Source of the DNA: Pseudomonas aeruginosa PAO1
Lineage (GTDB): Bacteria > Pseudomonadota > Gammaproteobacteria > Pseudomonadales > Pseudomonadaceae
Assembly: GCF_000006765.1 (NCBI RefSeq)
Contig: NC_002516.2
Reading direction: 5' to 3' (one strand)
Length of the DNA: 64,000 nt
Shown here: positions 19,505 through 29,311 of the stretch, piece after piece
How the letters are laid out: every line of letters starts with the position of its first letter
Position numbering within the stretch: position 1 is the stretch's first letter
Made by a program: the position numbers and the translations under genes
Notes under the pieces: generated by a model
Databases searched by the model: none
The model's input: only the letters and a program-made list of their open reading frames with translations
Told to the model about the DNA's origin: nothing

Positions 19505-20299
19505 ATGAGCCTGCCGCATTGCGAGACCCTGCTGCTGGAACCCATCGAGGGCGTCCTGCGGATCACCCTGAACCGCCCGCAAAGCCGCAACGCCATGAGC
19601 CTGGCGATGGTCGGCGAACTGCGCGCGGTGCTCGCCGCCGTGCGCGACGACCGTAGCGTGCGGGCGCTGGTGCTGCGCGGCGCCGACGGGCACTTCTGCG
19701 CCGGCGGCGACATCAAGGACATGGCCGGTGCCCGCGCCGCCGGGGCGGAAGCCTACCGCACGCTGAACCGCGCCTTCGGCAGCCTGCTGGAGGAAGCCCA
19801 GGCCGCCCCGCAACTGCTGGTGGCGCTGGTGGAAGGCGCGGTGCTCGGCGGCGGTTTCGGCCTGGCCTGCGTGTCGGACGTAGCGATCGCCGCCGCCGAT
19901 GCGCAGTTCGGCCTGCCGGAAACCAGCCTCGGCATTCTCCCGGCGCAGATCGCGCCTTTCGTGGTCCGCCGCATCGGCCTGACCCAGGCCCGCCGCCTGG
20001 CCCTCACCGCCGCCCGCTTCGACGGCCGCGAGGCGCTGCGCCTGGGCCTGGTGCATTTCTGCGAGGCCGACGCCGATGCCCTCGAACAGCGCCTGGAGGA
20101 AACCCTCGAGCAACTGCGCCGCTGCGCGCCGAACGCCAACGCCGCCACCAAGGCCCTGCTGCTGGCCAGCGAAAGCGGCGAACTCGGCGCCCTGCTGGAC
20201 GATGCGGCGCGCCAGTTCGCCGAAGCGGTGGGCGGCGCCGAAGGCAGCGAAGGCACCCTGGCCTTCGTACAGAAACGCAAGCCGGTCTGGGCCCAGTGA
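19505..20299 (+). CDS. atuE: Isohexenylglutaconyl-CoA hydratase (crotonase fold)
   Basis: 264 aa; FCAGGDIK, VLGGGFGL, FGLPETSLG. Confidence 0.94.
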   Translation: MSLPHCETLLLEPIEGVLRITLNRPQSRNAMSLAMVGELRAVLAAVRDDRSVRALVLRGADGHFCAGGDIKDMAGARAAGAEAYRTLNRAFGSLLEEAQAAPQLLVALVEGAVLGGGFGLACVSDVAIAAADAQFGLPETSLGILPAQIAPFVVRRIGLTQARRLALTAARFDGREALRLGLVHFCEADADALEQRLEETLEQLRRCAPNANAATKALLLASESGELGALLDDAARQFAEAVGGAEGSEGTLAFVQKRKPVWAQ

Positions 20300-20344
20300 G
20301 CCACGACCGCGAAACAGGGCAACAGCCTCCAGGAGCCGAACGAC

Positions 20345-22330
20345 ATGCCCAGCTTCAACAAGATCCTCGTCGCCAACCGCGGTGAAATCGCCTGCCGGGT
20401 GCTGCGCACCGCCCATGAACTGGGCTACCGCAGCGTCGCCGTGTACAGCGAGGCGGACGCCGACACCCGCCATGTGCAACTGGCCGACGAGGCCGTGTGC
20501 ATCGGCCCGGCAGCGGTGGCGCAGTCCTACCTGAACCTCGAGGCGATCCTCGACGCCGCCCGTCGCAGCGGCGCCGAGGCGATCCACCCCGGCTACGGCT
20601 TCCTCTCCGAGAACGCCGAGTTCGCCCGTGCCTGCGAAGCCGCCGGGATCGTCTTCATCGGCCCGGATGCGGAAGCCATCCACCTGATGGGCAGCAAGCG
20701 CCTGTCGAAGATCGCCATGCTCGCCGCCGGGGTGCCGTGCATCCCCGGCTACGAAGGCGCCGAACAGGACGACGCGACCCTGCGGCGCGAGGCCGAACGC
20801 ATCGGCTACCCGCTGATGATCAAGGCCAGCGCCGGCGGCGGCGGCCGCGGCATGCGCCTGGTGGAGGAACCCGGCCAACTGCTGGAACAGTTGCGCACTG
20901 CGCGCTCGGAAGCGCTGGGCGCCTTCGGCAGCGCCGAGCTGATCCTGGAGAGGGCCGTGCTGCGCCCGCGCCATGTGGAGATCCAGGTGTTCGGCGACCG
21001 CCACGGCAACCTGCTCTACCTCGGCGAACGCGACTGCTCGGTGCAGCGCCGCCACCAGAAGGTCATCGAGGAAGCCCCCTGCCCGGTGCTCGATGCCGAC
21101 CTGCGTCGCGCCATGGGCGAGGCGGCGGTGAAGGCCGCGGCCTCGGTCAACTACGTGGGCGCCGGCACCGTCGAGTTTCTTCTCGGCGAGGATGGTCGCT
21201 TCTACTTCCTGGAGATGAATACCCGCCTGCAGGTCGAACACCCGGTCACCGAACTGGTCACCGGCCAGGACCTGGTGGCCTGGCAGATCCGCATCGCCGA
21301 GGGCCATCCGCTGCCGCTGCGGCAGGAGCAGGTGGAACTGCGCGGGCATGCCATCGAGGTCCGCCTCTACGCCGAGGACGCCGGTCGCGGCTTCCTGCCG
21401 CAGACCGGCACGGTGCTGCGCTGGGACCCGGAACTGCTGCCCGGCGTACGCATCGACCATGGCCTGGTCGAGGGGCAGGCGGTGACGCCCTTCTACGACC
21501 CGATGCTGGCCAAGCTGATCGCCTACGGGGCGACCCGCGACGAAGCCCGGCGCAAGCTGATCCGCGCGCTGGAGCGCTGCGTGCTGCTGGGGGTCGACGG
21601 CAACCAGCGGTTCCTCGCCAACCTCCTGGCGCATCCGGACTTCGCCGCCGGCGAGGCGACCACCGCCTTCATCGGCGAACGCTTCGCCGAAGACCCCAGC
21701 CTGCAACCGCGCCAGCCGGGCGCCGAGGAACTGGCCCTGGCCGCCGCCCTGCTCTACCAGGCCGGCGCCGAGGCCAGTGCGCACCAGCCCGGCCTGGCCG
21801 GCTGGCGCAGCGCCGCCGGGGCACCGTGGAAGATCGTCCTGAAGCACGCCGAACAGCGCCTGGAGATCGGCCTGGAGGTCCTCGAAAGCGGTCGCCGGCC
21901 GCGACTGCTGGCGCGCCTGGAGCGACGCGAGATCGCCGTGCGCCTGCTCGACTGCGACGGACGCTGGGCCAGCGCCGAACTCGACGGCATTCGCCGCCGC
22001 CACGCCTACCACCTGGACGGCGGGCGCCTCTGGCTATACGGCCACGGCGGCAACCTCGAACTGCTCGACGTCACCCACGCCGGCGCCAGCGCCCAGGTCG
22101 GCGCCAGTTCCGGCACGCTCAAGGCGCCGATGGACGGCGCCATCGTCGAGGTGCTGGTCGGCGAGGGCGAACGGGTCGGCAAGGGCCAACTGCTGCTGGT
22201 GCTGGAGGCAATGAAGATGGAACACCCGCTGAAGGCCGGAGTCGACGGCGTGGTCCGCCGCGTCCAGGTCGGCCGTGGCGAGCAGGTGCGCAACCGGCAG
22301 GTGCTGGTCGAGGTGGAAGCCGACGCCTGA
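20345..22330 (+). CDS. atuF: Geranyl-CoA carboxylase, biotin carboxylase/BCCP (alpha) subunit
   Basis: 661 aa; ANRGEIA, HPGYGFLSEN, EMNTRLQVEHP, EAMKM biotinylation motif. Confidence 0.96.
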   Translation: MPSFNKILVANRGEIACRVLRTAHELGYRSVAVYSEADADTRHVQLADEAVCIGPAAVAQSYLNLEAILDAARRSGAEAIHPGYGFLSENAEFARACEAAGIVFIGPDAEAIHLMGSKRLSKIAMLAAGVPCIPGYEGAEQDDATLRREAERIGYPLMIKASAGGGGRGMRLVEEPGQLLEQLRTARSEALGAFGSAELILERAVLRPRHVEIQVFGDRHGNLLYLGERDCSVQRRHQKVIEEAPCPVLDADLRRAMGEAAVKAAASVNYVGAGTVEFLLGEDGRFYFLEMNTRLQVEHPVTELVTGQDLVAWQIRIAEGHPLPLRQEQVELRGHAIEVRLYAEDAGRGFLPQTGTVLRWDPELLPGVRIDHGLVEGQAVTPFYDPMLAKLIAYGATRDEARRKLIRALERCVLLGVDGNQRFLANLLAHPDFAAGEATTAFIGERFAEDPSLQPRQPGAEELALAAALLYQAGAEASAHQPGLAGWRSAAGAPWKIVLKHAEQRLEIGLEVLESGRRPRLLARLERREIAVRLLDCDGRWASAELDGIRRRHAYHLDGGRLWLYGHGGNLELLDVTHAGASAQVGASSGTLKAPMDGAIVEVLVGEGERVGKGQLLLVLEAMKMEHPLKAGVDGVVRRVQVGRGEQVRNRQVLVEVEADA

Positions 22331-22381
22331 GACAACCCGCCGCTCATCCGCAACGACAACGACAAGAAAACGGAGACGCCC

Positions 22382-23206
22382 ATGTCACTGCACGGCAAGA
22401 CCCTGTTCATCACCGGCGCCAGCCGCGGCATCGGCCGGGAGATAGCCCTGCGCGCCGCGCGCGATGGCGCCAACCTGGTGATCGCGGCGAAGAGCGCCGA
22501 GCCGCATCCGAAGCTGGAAGGCACCATCTTCAGCGTCGCCGCCGAGGTCGAGGCCGCCGGCGGCCAGGCCCTGCCGCTGCAACTCGACGTGCGCGACGAG
22601 CAGGCCGTGGCGGCGGCCATGGCCCGCGCCGCCGAACGCTTCGGCGGGATCGACGCGCTGGTCAACAACGCCGGGGCGATCCGCCTGGTCGGGGTGGAAA
22701 AGCTGGAGCCCAAGCGCTTCGACCTGATGTACCAGATCAACACCCGCGCGGTGCTGGTCTGCAGCCAGGCCGCCCTGCCCTACCTGCGCAGGAGCGCCAA
22801 CGGCCACATCCTCAGCCTGTCGCCGCCGATCAACCTGGCCGGCAGGTGGTTCGCCCAGCACGGCCCCTACACGGTCACCAAGTACGGCATGAGCATGCTT
22901 ACCCTGGGGATGCACGAGGAGTTCGGGAAATACGCCATCAGCGTCAACGCGCTGTGGCCGAAGACCATGATCGCCACCGCCGCCATCGAGTTCGAGCTGG
23001 GCAGCCGTGACGCCTTCCGCCGCGCGCGCACCCCGGCGATCATGGCCGACGCCGCGCACGCCATTCTCACCAGCGAGGGGCGCAGCCTCAGCGGGCGCCT
23101 GCTGGTCGACGAGGAATTGCTGCGCGAGCGCGGCCAGAGCGATTTCGAGCAGTACCGCTACGACCCGGAGGGTGGCGCGCTGGTGCCCGACCTGTTCCTC
23201 GACTGA
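22382..23206 (+). CDS. atuG: Short-chain dehydrogenase AtuG
   Basis: 274 aa; ITGASRGIG, YTVTKYGMS. Confidence 0.93.
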   Translation: MSLHGKTLFITGASRGIGREIALRAARDGANLVIAAKSAEPHPKLEGTIFSVAAEVEAAGGQALPLQLDVRDEQAVAAAMARAAERFGGIDALVNNAGAIRLVGVEKLEPKRFDLMYQINTRAVLVCSQAALPYLRRSANGHILSLSPPINLAGRWFAQHGPYTVTKYGMSMLTLGMHEEFGKYAISVNALWPKTMIATAAIEFELGSRDAFRRARTPAIMADAAHAILTSEGRSLSGRLLVDEELLRERGQSDFEQYRYDPEGGALVPDLFLD

Positions 23207-23368
23207 GGTCTCCGACGAAAGGCGCGCGGCGCTCTGCGGCGGGCTTCCGGGCTATTTGCCGAAGTGCCCCGGGGCGACCGCGCAACGGTCATAGCCGAGG
23301 CGGCGGCTGCGGTCTAGAGTCGCGGGAGCGTCCTACGCCCCGCACAACAACGACAAAGCGCGAGAGCC

Positions 23369-25195
23369 ATGACCCACGCCGACCTGATCACTTTCAACCG
23401 TTTCGTTGCCCGCCTGCCTGCCACCTTCGGCCGCGTGCCGCGCATGCTGCGCGGCCTGTACTACACCGCGATCCGTAACCGCGAGAAGAGCCTGTCCCTG
23501 GGCTGGGCGCTGGAGCGCGCGGCACGCCTGTACCCGGACAACCCGGCGGTGCTCGACGGCCAGCGGCGGATCAGCTACGCCCTGTTCAACGGCTGGGCCA
23601 ATCGCCTGGCGCGCGCCTTCAAGGCCGAGGGCGTAGGCCACGGCAGCGTGGTCGCGGTGATGCTGGAGAACCGCGTCGAGCTGCTGGCGATCCTCGCCGC
23701 CCTGGCCAAGCTCGGCGCCATCGGCGCACTGGTCAACACCACCCAGCGCGGCAAGGTCCTGGTGCACAGCCTGAACCTGGTGAAGCCCGGCCACTTCGTG
23801 GTCGGCGAAGAGTTGCGCGAGGTGTTCGAGGAAGTCCGCCATGAGGTGCTCGGCAACGCCGGCCATTGCTACTGGGTCGACGACGGCGACACCCTCGGCG
23901 ATCCCGGCTCGCCGCCGATGGGCTGGCGCAACCTGATGCGCCTGGCCCAGGGACAGACCTCGGAGAACCTCGAGGACACCGGCAGGGTGCGGCTCAAGGA
24001 CTCCTGCTTCTACATCTACACCTCCGGCACCACCGGCCTGCCGAAAGCCTCGATCATGAGCCACGGCAAGTGGATCAAGGCCTACGGCGGCTTCGGCCAT
24101 TCCGGCCTGGGCCTGGGCCGCGACGACGTGCTCTACCTGACCCTGCCCTGCTACCACAACAACGCCGTGACCGTCTGCTGGAGCGCGGCGCTCGCCGGCG
24201 GCGCGGCCATGGCCCTGCGCCGCAAGTTCTCCGCCAGCGGTTTCTGGAAGGACGTGCAGCACTACCGGGCGACCTGCTTCGGCTACATCGGCGAACTCTG
24301 CCGCTACCTGCTGAACCAGCCGCCGTGCGCCGAGGAACGCGGCAATAGCCTGACCTGCATGATCGGCAACGGCCTGCGCCCGTCGATCTGGGCCGAGTTC
24401 AAGCAACGCTTCGAGATCCAGCGGATCACCGAGTTCTACGCTTCCAGCGAAGGCAACATCGGCTTCACCAACGTATTCAATTTCGACAATACGGTGGGCT
24501 TCTCCCCAGCCACCTACGCCATCGTCCGCTACGACCTGGAGAACGACCGCCCGGTGCGCGACGCCAAGGGCTTCATGGAGAAGGTCGGCAAGGGCGAGGT
24601 CGGCCTGCTGATCAGCGAGATCAGCGCGAAGTGGCCGTTCGACGGCTACACCGATCCGGCCAAGAGCGAAGCGGTGATCCTCCGCGACGTGTTCAAGAAG
24701 GGCGACGCCTGGTTCAACACCGGCGACCTGATGCGCGACATCGGTTTCAAGCACACCCAGTTCGTCGACCGTCTCGGCGACACCTTCCGCTGGAAGGGCG
24801 AGAACGTTTCCACCACCGAGGTGGAAAACGCCCTCGGCGCCTTCGACGGGGTCGAGGATGCGGTGGTCTACGGCGTGGAGATTCCCGGCACCAACGGCCG
24901 CTGCGGGATGGCCGCGCTGCGCCTGGCCGATGGCGTCGAACTGGACCGCGACGCTCTCGCCGCGCACCTCGACCGCGAGTTGCCGGCCTATGCCACACCG
25001 GTGTTCCTGCGCCTGCTGCGCGAAGTCGAGACCACCGGCACCTTCAAGTACAAGAAGACCGACCTCAAGCGCGACGCCTACGATCCCGCGCGGGTCAGCG
25101 ACAAACTCTTCGTCAGGTTGCCCGGCAGCGCCGGCTACCAGCCGCTGGACGCGGAGCTGTACCAGGCGTTGCAGGAGCAGCGCTACCGCTTCTGA
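23369..25195 (+). CDS. atuH: Long-chain acyl-CoA synthetase, FATP-like
   Basis: 608 aa; YIYTSGTTGLPK, FVDRLGDTFRWKGENVSTTEVE. Confidence 0.94.
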   Translation: MTHADLITFNRFVARLPATFGRVPRMLRGLYYTAIRNREKSLSLGWALERAARLYPDNPAVLDGQRRISYALFNGWANRLARAFKAEGVGHGSVVAVMLENRVELLAILAALAKLGAIGALVNTTQRGKVLVHSLNLVKPGHFVVGEELREVFEEVRHEVLGNAGHCYWVDDGDTLGDPGSPPMGWRNLMRLAQGQTSENLEDTGRVRLKDSCFYIYTSGTTGLPKASIMSHGKWIKAYGGFGHSGLGLGRDDVLYLTLPCYHNNAVTVCWSAALAGGAAMALRRKFSASGFWKDVQHYRATCFGYIGELCRYLLNQPPCAEERGNSLTCMIGNGLRPSIWAEFKQRFEIQRITEFYASSEGNIGFTNVFNFDNTVGFSPATYAIVRYDLENDRPVRDAKGFMEKVGKGEVGLLISEISAKWPFDGYTDPAKSEAVILRDVFKKGDAWFNTGDLMRDIGFKHTQFVDRLGDTFRWKGENVSTTEVENALGAFDGVEDAVVYGVEIPGTNGRCGMAALRLADGVELDRDALAAHLDRELPAYATPVFLRLLREVETTGTFKYKKTDLKRDAYDPARVSDKLFVRLPGSAGYQPLDAELYQALQEQRYRF

Positions 25196-25208
25196 GCACC
25201 GTGGCGGC

Positions 25209-25799
25209 CTACTGGCGGAACTCGAACTGCAACTCGGCCCCTTCCAGGGGCCGCGACACGCCCAGTTCGCGGTCGCGATAGAGCAACTGGCCGTTGAGGC
25301 GGAAGTCGCTGTCGTCCTTTTCCTCGAACATCGGCGGCAACAGCGGCTTGGGCTTATGGGTCTCTTCCGTGCCGGGCGGCGCCATCTTCTGCACCAGTTC
25401 CTTCGGCAGGCGCAGGTCCAGCTTGGCGCTCGGCAGCGGCTTGCGTACCTCGGGGTCGAGACGAGCGGTGGAAGCGCGCTTCGCCGGCGCCGGCTTGTCC
25501 TTGGCGACCGGCCTGCTGGCCGGCTTCGGCGGCGCAGCCGCAGGCTTCGGCTTGGCCGGCGGCTTGGGTTCGGCAACCTGCTCCGCGGCTGGCGCGACCT
25601 TCTTCGAAGCTGTTTTCGGCGCGGCAGGCACGGCAGGCGCTGGCTCCGCTCGTTCAGGCTTCACTGGCTTGGCAGGGGCGCGCTGCTCCTGCGGCGGTGC
25701 TTCCGGGGCTTTCTTTTCCGGTGCCTTGGAGCCGTCATCGCAGGCCGCCAGGAAGCAACCGAAAAGAACAACGACGCAAATTCGGCAAAGACGTTTCAT
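25209..25799 (-). CDS. Hypothetical lipoprotein with Pro/Ala/Lys-rich linker (PA2894-like)
   Basis: 196 aa from ATG 25799; signal MKRLCRICVVVLFGCFLAAC with LAAC lipobox. Confidence 0.8.
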   Translation of the reverse strand: MKRLCRICVVVLFGCFLAACDDGSKAPEKKAPEAPPQEQRAPAKPVKPERAEPAPAVPAAPKTASKKVAPAAEQVAEPKPPAKPKPAAAPPKPASRPVAKDKPAPAKRASTARLDPEVRKPLPSAKLDLRLPKELVQKMAPPGTEETHKPKPLLPPMFEEKDDSDFRLNGQLLYRDRELGVSRPLEGAELQFEFRQ

Positions 25800-25976
25800 A
25801 GTCACGCAGGTATGGCCAATTGCGGCAATGCTGACGGCAGACTGCAACCAAGGCAAGGGGTCACTATCGTCATCCTGGCACTCTCTCTGTTGTTCGCCCC
25901 ATGTCTAACCTGTCATGCGCGGGTAACCGCTTGATGTCAGCCCGCGACGCCGCCGCCGCGTCGCGGGCCATGGTCG

Positions 25977-26741
25977 TCACGGCCGTTTCCTGGCGCTCGC
26001 GGCTATCGTCGCGAGGCGTTCCAGTCGTTCCACCAGGTTCTCTCCGGGGAAACGTTTCTGCAGCTCGGCCAACTGGGTCGCGGCCTGCTCCGTCTTGCCC
26101 TGCTCACGCAGGGCAAGGACCGCCCCGAGCGCCTCGTCGAGCACCTCCGGCTTCACCGCAACCGCCTTGCCCCTGGCCTGGGCGACGAAGTCGCCGGCCA
26201 GCGCCGCCTGGACCTTCGCCTGCTGCGCGGCCTGGGCCGGCGGTCGGTCGGCCAGGGCAGCCGGAGCCGGCGGCGCGGCCTCGGCCATCAGTTGCGGCGC
26301 CTCCCCGGACGATGCGTAGCTGGCCAGCAAGGCCGGGGGCTCCGACATCTCGCCGGACAGCGGAGCCGGCGCCGCCGGCGCGCGCATGGCCCGCTTCGCC
26401 GCAGCGGCCCCGGCGACTCCGTCGCGCAGGGGCACATCGCTGAACGCCACTTCGGGGCGGGCCTGGCGCTCGGCGTCGTCCAGCACGTTGTGGCTGACCA
26501 GCCCCAGCACCAGCGCCACGCCCAGCAGGCTGGCGAAAGCCGCCTGCCAACGCGGCCTGCGGGAGGCTTCCAGCCAGCGCCGCCACCAGGACCGGGCGGG
26601 TTCGACATGCGCCGCCTGGCGTCGCGCGGCGGCGAGGATCGCCTGGTCCAGCGCCGGCGCCGGCTGCTGCGGCGCGTGGGCGCGGAAATGCGCCAGCATC
26701 TGCTCTTCGGCGACGCTCGCGGAATGCTTCTGTGGGTTCAT
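25977..26741 (-). CDS. sbrR: Anti-sigma factor SbrR (PA2895)
   Basis: 254 aa from ATG 26741; PAPALDQAILAAARR N-terminus, single TM segment; ATGA overlap with the ECF sigma gene. Confidence 0.85.
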   Translation of the reverse strand: MNPQKHSASVAEEQMLAHFRAHAPQQPAPALDQAILAAARRQAAHVEPARSWWRRWLEASRRPRWQAAFASLLGVALVLGLVSHNVLDDAERQARPEVAFSDVPLRDGVAGAAAAKRAMRAPAAPAPLSGEMSEPPALLASYASSGEAPQLMAEAAPPAPAALADRPPAQAAQQAKVQAALAGDFVAQARGKAVAVKPEVLDEALGAVLALREQGKTEQAATQLAELQKRFPGENLVERLERLATIAASARKRP

Positions 26742-27322
26742 ACCGCCACCTCCTCGGCCAGCAGCCGGCGCAGCTTCTGCACCGCGTAGCGGAAACGGCT
26801 CTTCACCGTCTCCAGCGGCGACTGGGTGAGCGTGGCGATCTCGGCCAGTTCCAGTTCGCCGTGGGCGCGCATCAGGAATACCTCGCGCTGTTCCTCGGGC
26901 AGGGTCTCCAGCGCGCTCTGCAAGCGCTCGCCGTCGCGGCTCAGGCTGAGCTGCTGCTCGGGGCCGGCGCCCTGGTCGGGTTGCGCGTGCAACTGTTCGT
27001 CGTAGCTGTCCTGCAACGGCTGGCGCTGGCCATGCTTGCGCCAATGATCGATCAGGCGGTTGCGGGCGATCTGGTAGAGCCAGGTGCGGAAGCTCGCCCG
27101 GCCCTGCGGCTGGCTCTCGCTGCGGATCAGGCTGAGCCAGGTTTCCTGGTAGATCTCGTCGGCCAGTTCGGTCTGTCCGGCCAGGCCGCAGAGAAAACGG
27201 TAGAGACCTTGCCGATGGCGCTGGTAGAGCACCTCGAAGGCCGCGCTGTCGCCTTTGCGGTAACGCGCCAGCAGCGTTTCGTCGCTGCCGGCGGCCGTCG
27301 TGGCGCTGGTGGAGGCATGCAT
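26738..27322 (-). CDS. sbrI: ECF sigma factor SbrI (PA2896)
   Basis: 194 aa from ATG 27322; AFEVLYQRH, ADEIYQETW, FRTWLYQIARNRLIDHWRK, LETVKSRFRYA. Confidence 0.9.
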   Translation of the reverse strand: MHASTSATTAAGSDETLLARYRKGDSAAFEVLYQRHRQGLYRFLCGLAGQTELADEIYQETWLSLIRSESQPQGRASFRTWLYQIARNRLIDHWRKHGQRQPLQDSYDEQLHAQPDQGAGPEQQLSLSRDGERLQSALETLPEEQREVFLMRAHGELELAEIATLTQSPLETVKSRFRYAVQKLRRLLAEEVAV

Positions 27323-27556
27323 GCCGCTGGTCGACTCCTGTCCTGTGTCAAAGGCGACCGAGAGCAGGCTCATCGGCCACATCCTTCGCGGCACGCATCG
27401 GCGTCGCCACGAAACGCCCGGGCCGTCGCCAGAAGCGCGGCCGGAGCGGCTATCGGTAGACATTTTCCAGCGTCGGACAGTTCGGCGAAAGTGCCGGTCC
27501 GGATGGAAGCCGGGAAAAACATCGAGACGACCTCGTCGTGCAGCGGAGATACCCGC

Positions 27557-27586
27557 TGAGACGAAGCTGTCGGTGGATTCGGGTTA
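27557..27586 (-). promoter_or_regulatory. ECF-type promoter, probably SbrI autoregulatory
   Basis: Minus strand TAACCCG-N16-CGTCTCA, fitting the ECF AAC...CGT consensus, upstream of sbrI. Confidence 0.65.
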
Positions 27587-27650
27587 ATCCCCGGGAAAAT
27601 TCTTCGCGGACTGTCGCGGGGCGCCCCTCAGCCAGGGGAGCGCCTCGCGC

Positions 27651-29090
27651 TCAGGCGGCGATAAGGCCTTCCTGGCAAAGCTGCCCGGCAAGCATGCCGA
27701 GGGTCATGATCGCCCGCTCCGCCTCGCGGTTCCAGGGAATCCCGCAGGTCAGCCGCAGGCAGTTGTTGAACTGCTCGGTGTTGCTGAAGATCAGCCCCGG
27801 GGCGATGCTGATGCCCTGCTCCAGGGCCCGCACGTGGAGTTCCTTGGTGTTGACCTTGGCCGGCAGGCTGACCCAGAGGATGAAGCCGCCCTTGGGCCGG
27901 GTCATCTGCGTACCTTCCGGGAAGTACTGCTGCACCGCCAACTGGTAGGCGGTCATGTTCTTCCGGTACTCCTGGCGGATGTAGCGCAGGTGGCGGTCGT
28001 AGCCGCCGTTCTCCAGGTAGGCGGCGACGCCCATCTGGGTCACGGTGCAGGCCGAATGGGTGGTGAAGGTCTGCAAGCGACGGATCTCCTCCTGGTAGCG
28101 CTCGGCGATGATCCAGCCGATGCGTACGCCGGGCGAGATGGTCTTGGAGAAACTCGAGCAGTAGATCACCCGGCCGTCGCGGTCGTGGGACTTGAGCGAG
28201 CGCGCCTGGCCCTGGTCGAACATCAGTTCGCCGTAGATGTCGTCCTCGACCACCCCGATGTTGTGTTCGGCGGTCAGTTTCAGCAGTTGCTTCTGGCGAT
28301 CCTCGGGAATCGTCCCGCCGAAGGGATTGCTCAGCCGCGCGGTCAGCACCAAGGCCTTGATCGACCACTGGTTGGCCGCCAGTTGCAGCGCTTCAAGGCT
28401 GATCCCGGTGCGCGGGTCGCTGGGGATCTCGATGACCTTCAGGCCCAGCACGTCGGCCAGTTGCAGCAGGCCGTAGTAGCTCGGCGACTCGGTGGCGATC
28501 AGGTCGCCGGGACGGGTCAGCACCCGCAGGGCCATGTGGATCGCATCCACGCAGCCGTGGGTGATGGTCACCTGCGATGGGTCGACCACCACGCCGGCGT
28601 CGCGCATGCGGATCGCCACCTGCCGCCGCAGCGGCTCGAAACCGGGGCTGAACATGTAGCTGAACGCCCGTGGGCTCTGGAAGCGGGTGACCTTGGCCAG
28701 TTGCTGGTGCAAGGCGCGCACCGGCAGGTAGTCCACGTGCGGCACCGCCGCGCCGAGCGGGAATACCCCTTCGCGGCGGGACTCGGCGAGCACCTGGTTG
28801 ATGATGCTGCTGCGGGTGACCAGGCCGGGACGCTCGACCCGCGCGATATCCGGGGTCGGCGCGGTCAGCGCCGGGGTGCGGTGGACGTAGAAGCCGGATT
28901 GCGGACGGGCGCGGATCAGTCCCTGGTCCTCGAGGGTGGCGTAGGCCTGCAGCACGGTGGCGTGGCTGACGTTCAACTGGGTACTGAGCTTGCGCACCGA
29001 CGGTACCCGCTCGCCCGGCTGGTAGACGCCACGGCGAATGTCCTCGGCCAACTGCTGGGCGATGCGTTGGTAAAGCAGCAGATTGGTCAT
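27651..29090 (-). CDS. MocR/GabR (GntR HTH + PLP aminotransferase domain) regulator (PA2897-like)
   Basis: 479 aa from ATG 29090; RVPSVRKLSTQLNVSHATV HTH, VEDDIYGEL, SFSKTISPGVRIGW. Confidence 0.93.
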   Translation of the reverse strand: MTNLLLYQRIAQQLAEDIRRGVYQPGERVPSVRKLSTQLNVSHATVLQAYATLEDQGLIRARPQSGFYVHRTPALTAPTPDIARVERPGLVTRSSIINQVLAESRREGVFPLGAAVPHVDYLPVRALHQQLAKVTRFQSPRAFSYMFSPGFEPLRRQVAIRMRDAGVVVDPSQVTITHGCVDAIHMALRVLTRPGDLIATESPSYYGLLQLADVLGLKVIEIPSDPRTGISLEALQLAANQWSIKALVLTARLSNPFGGTIPEDRQKQLLKLTAEHNIGVVEDDIYGELMFDQGQARSLKSHDRDGRVIYCSSFSKTISPGVRIGWIIAERYQEEIRRLQTFTTHSACTVTQMGVAAYLENGGYDRHLRYIRQEYRKNMTAYQLAVQQYFPEGTQMTRPKGGFILWVSLPAKVNTKELHVRALEQGISIAPGLIFSNTEQFNNCLRLTCGIPWNREAERAIMTLGMLAGQLCQEGLIAA

Positions 29091-29311
29091 GGCGGGTTTT
29101 CCTCGGCGATTGAACCGAAACAGTAGCTCAATTCGTGAAACTGCTCCAGAACAGTTCGGCCGACAACCAGGCATACAGTCGCAAAACTGTACGGGTCGGT
29201 CGCAGAGACGGCGCGTTCGCGAGGAAAAGAAAACCCGGTCGGTCGCCACCGGCCGGGTGCGGGCGGGAAACAGTCCGCCAAGAGCCGCCTGGGGAGCGGC
29301 CATAGGGAAAG

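Noticed and set aside
25380-25720. Repetitive-looking DNA (ggcttc/gccggc) as a possible tandem repeat or CRISPR
   Set aside because: Explained by Pro/Ala/Lys codons of the lipoprotein linker; no constant-length repeat-spacer units anywhere in the window
29141-29154. CTG...CAG dyad considered as a LexA SOS box
   Set aside because: Spacing is CTG-N8-CAG, not the CTG-N10-CAG required
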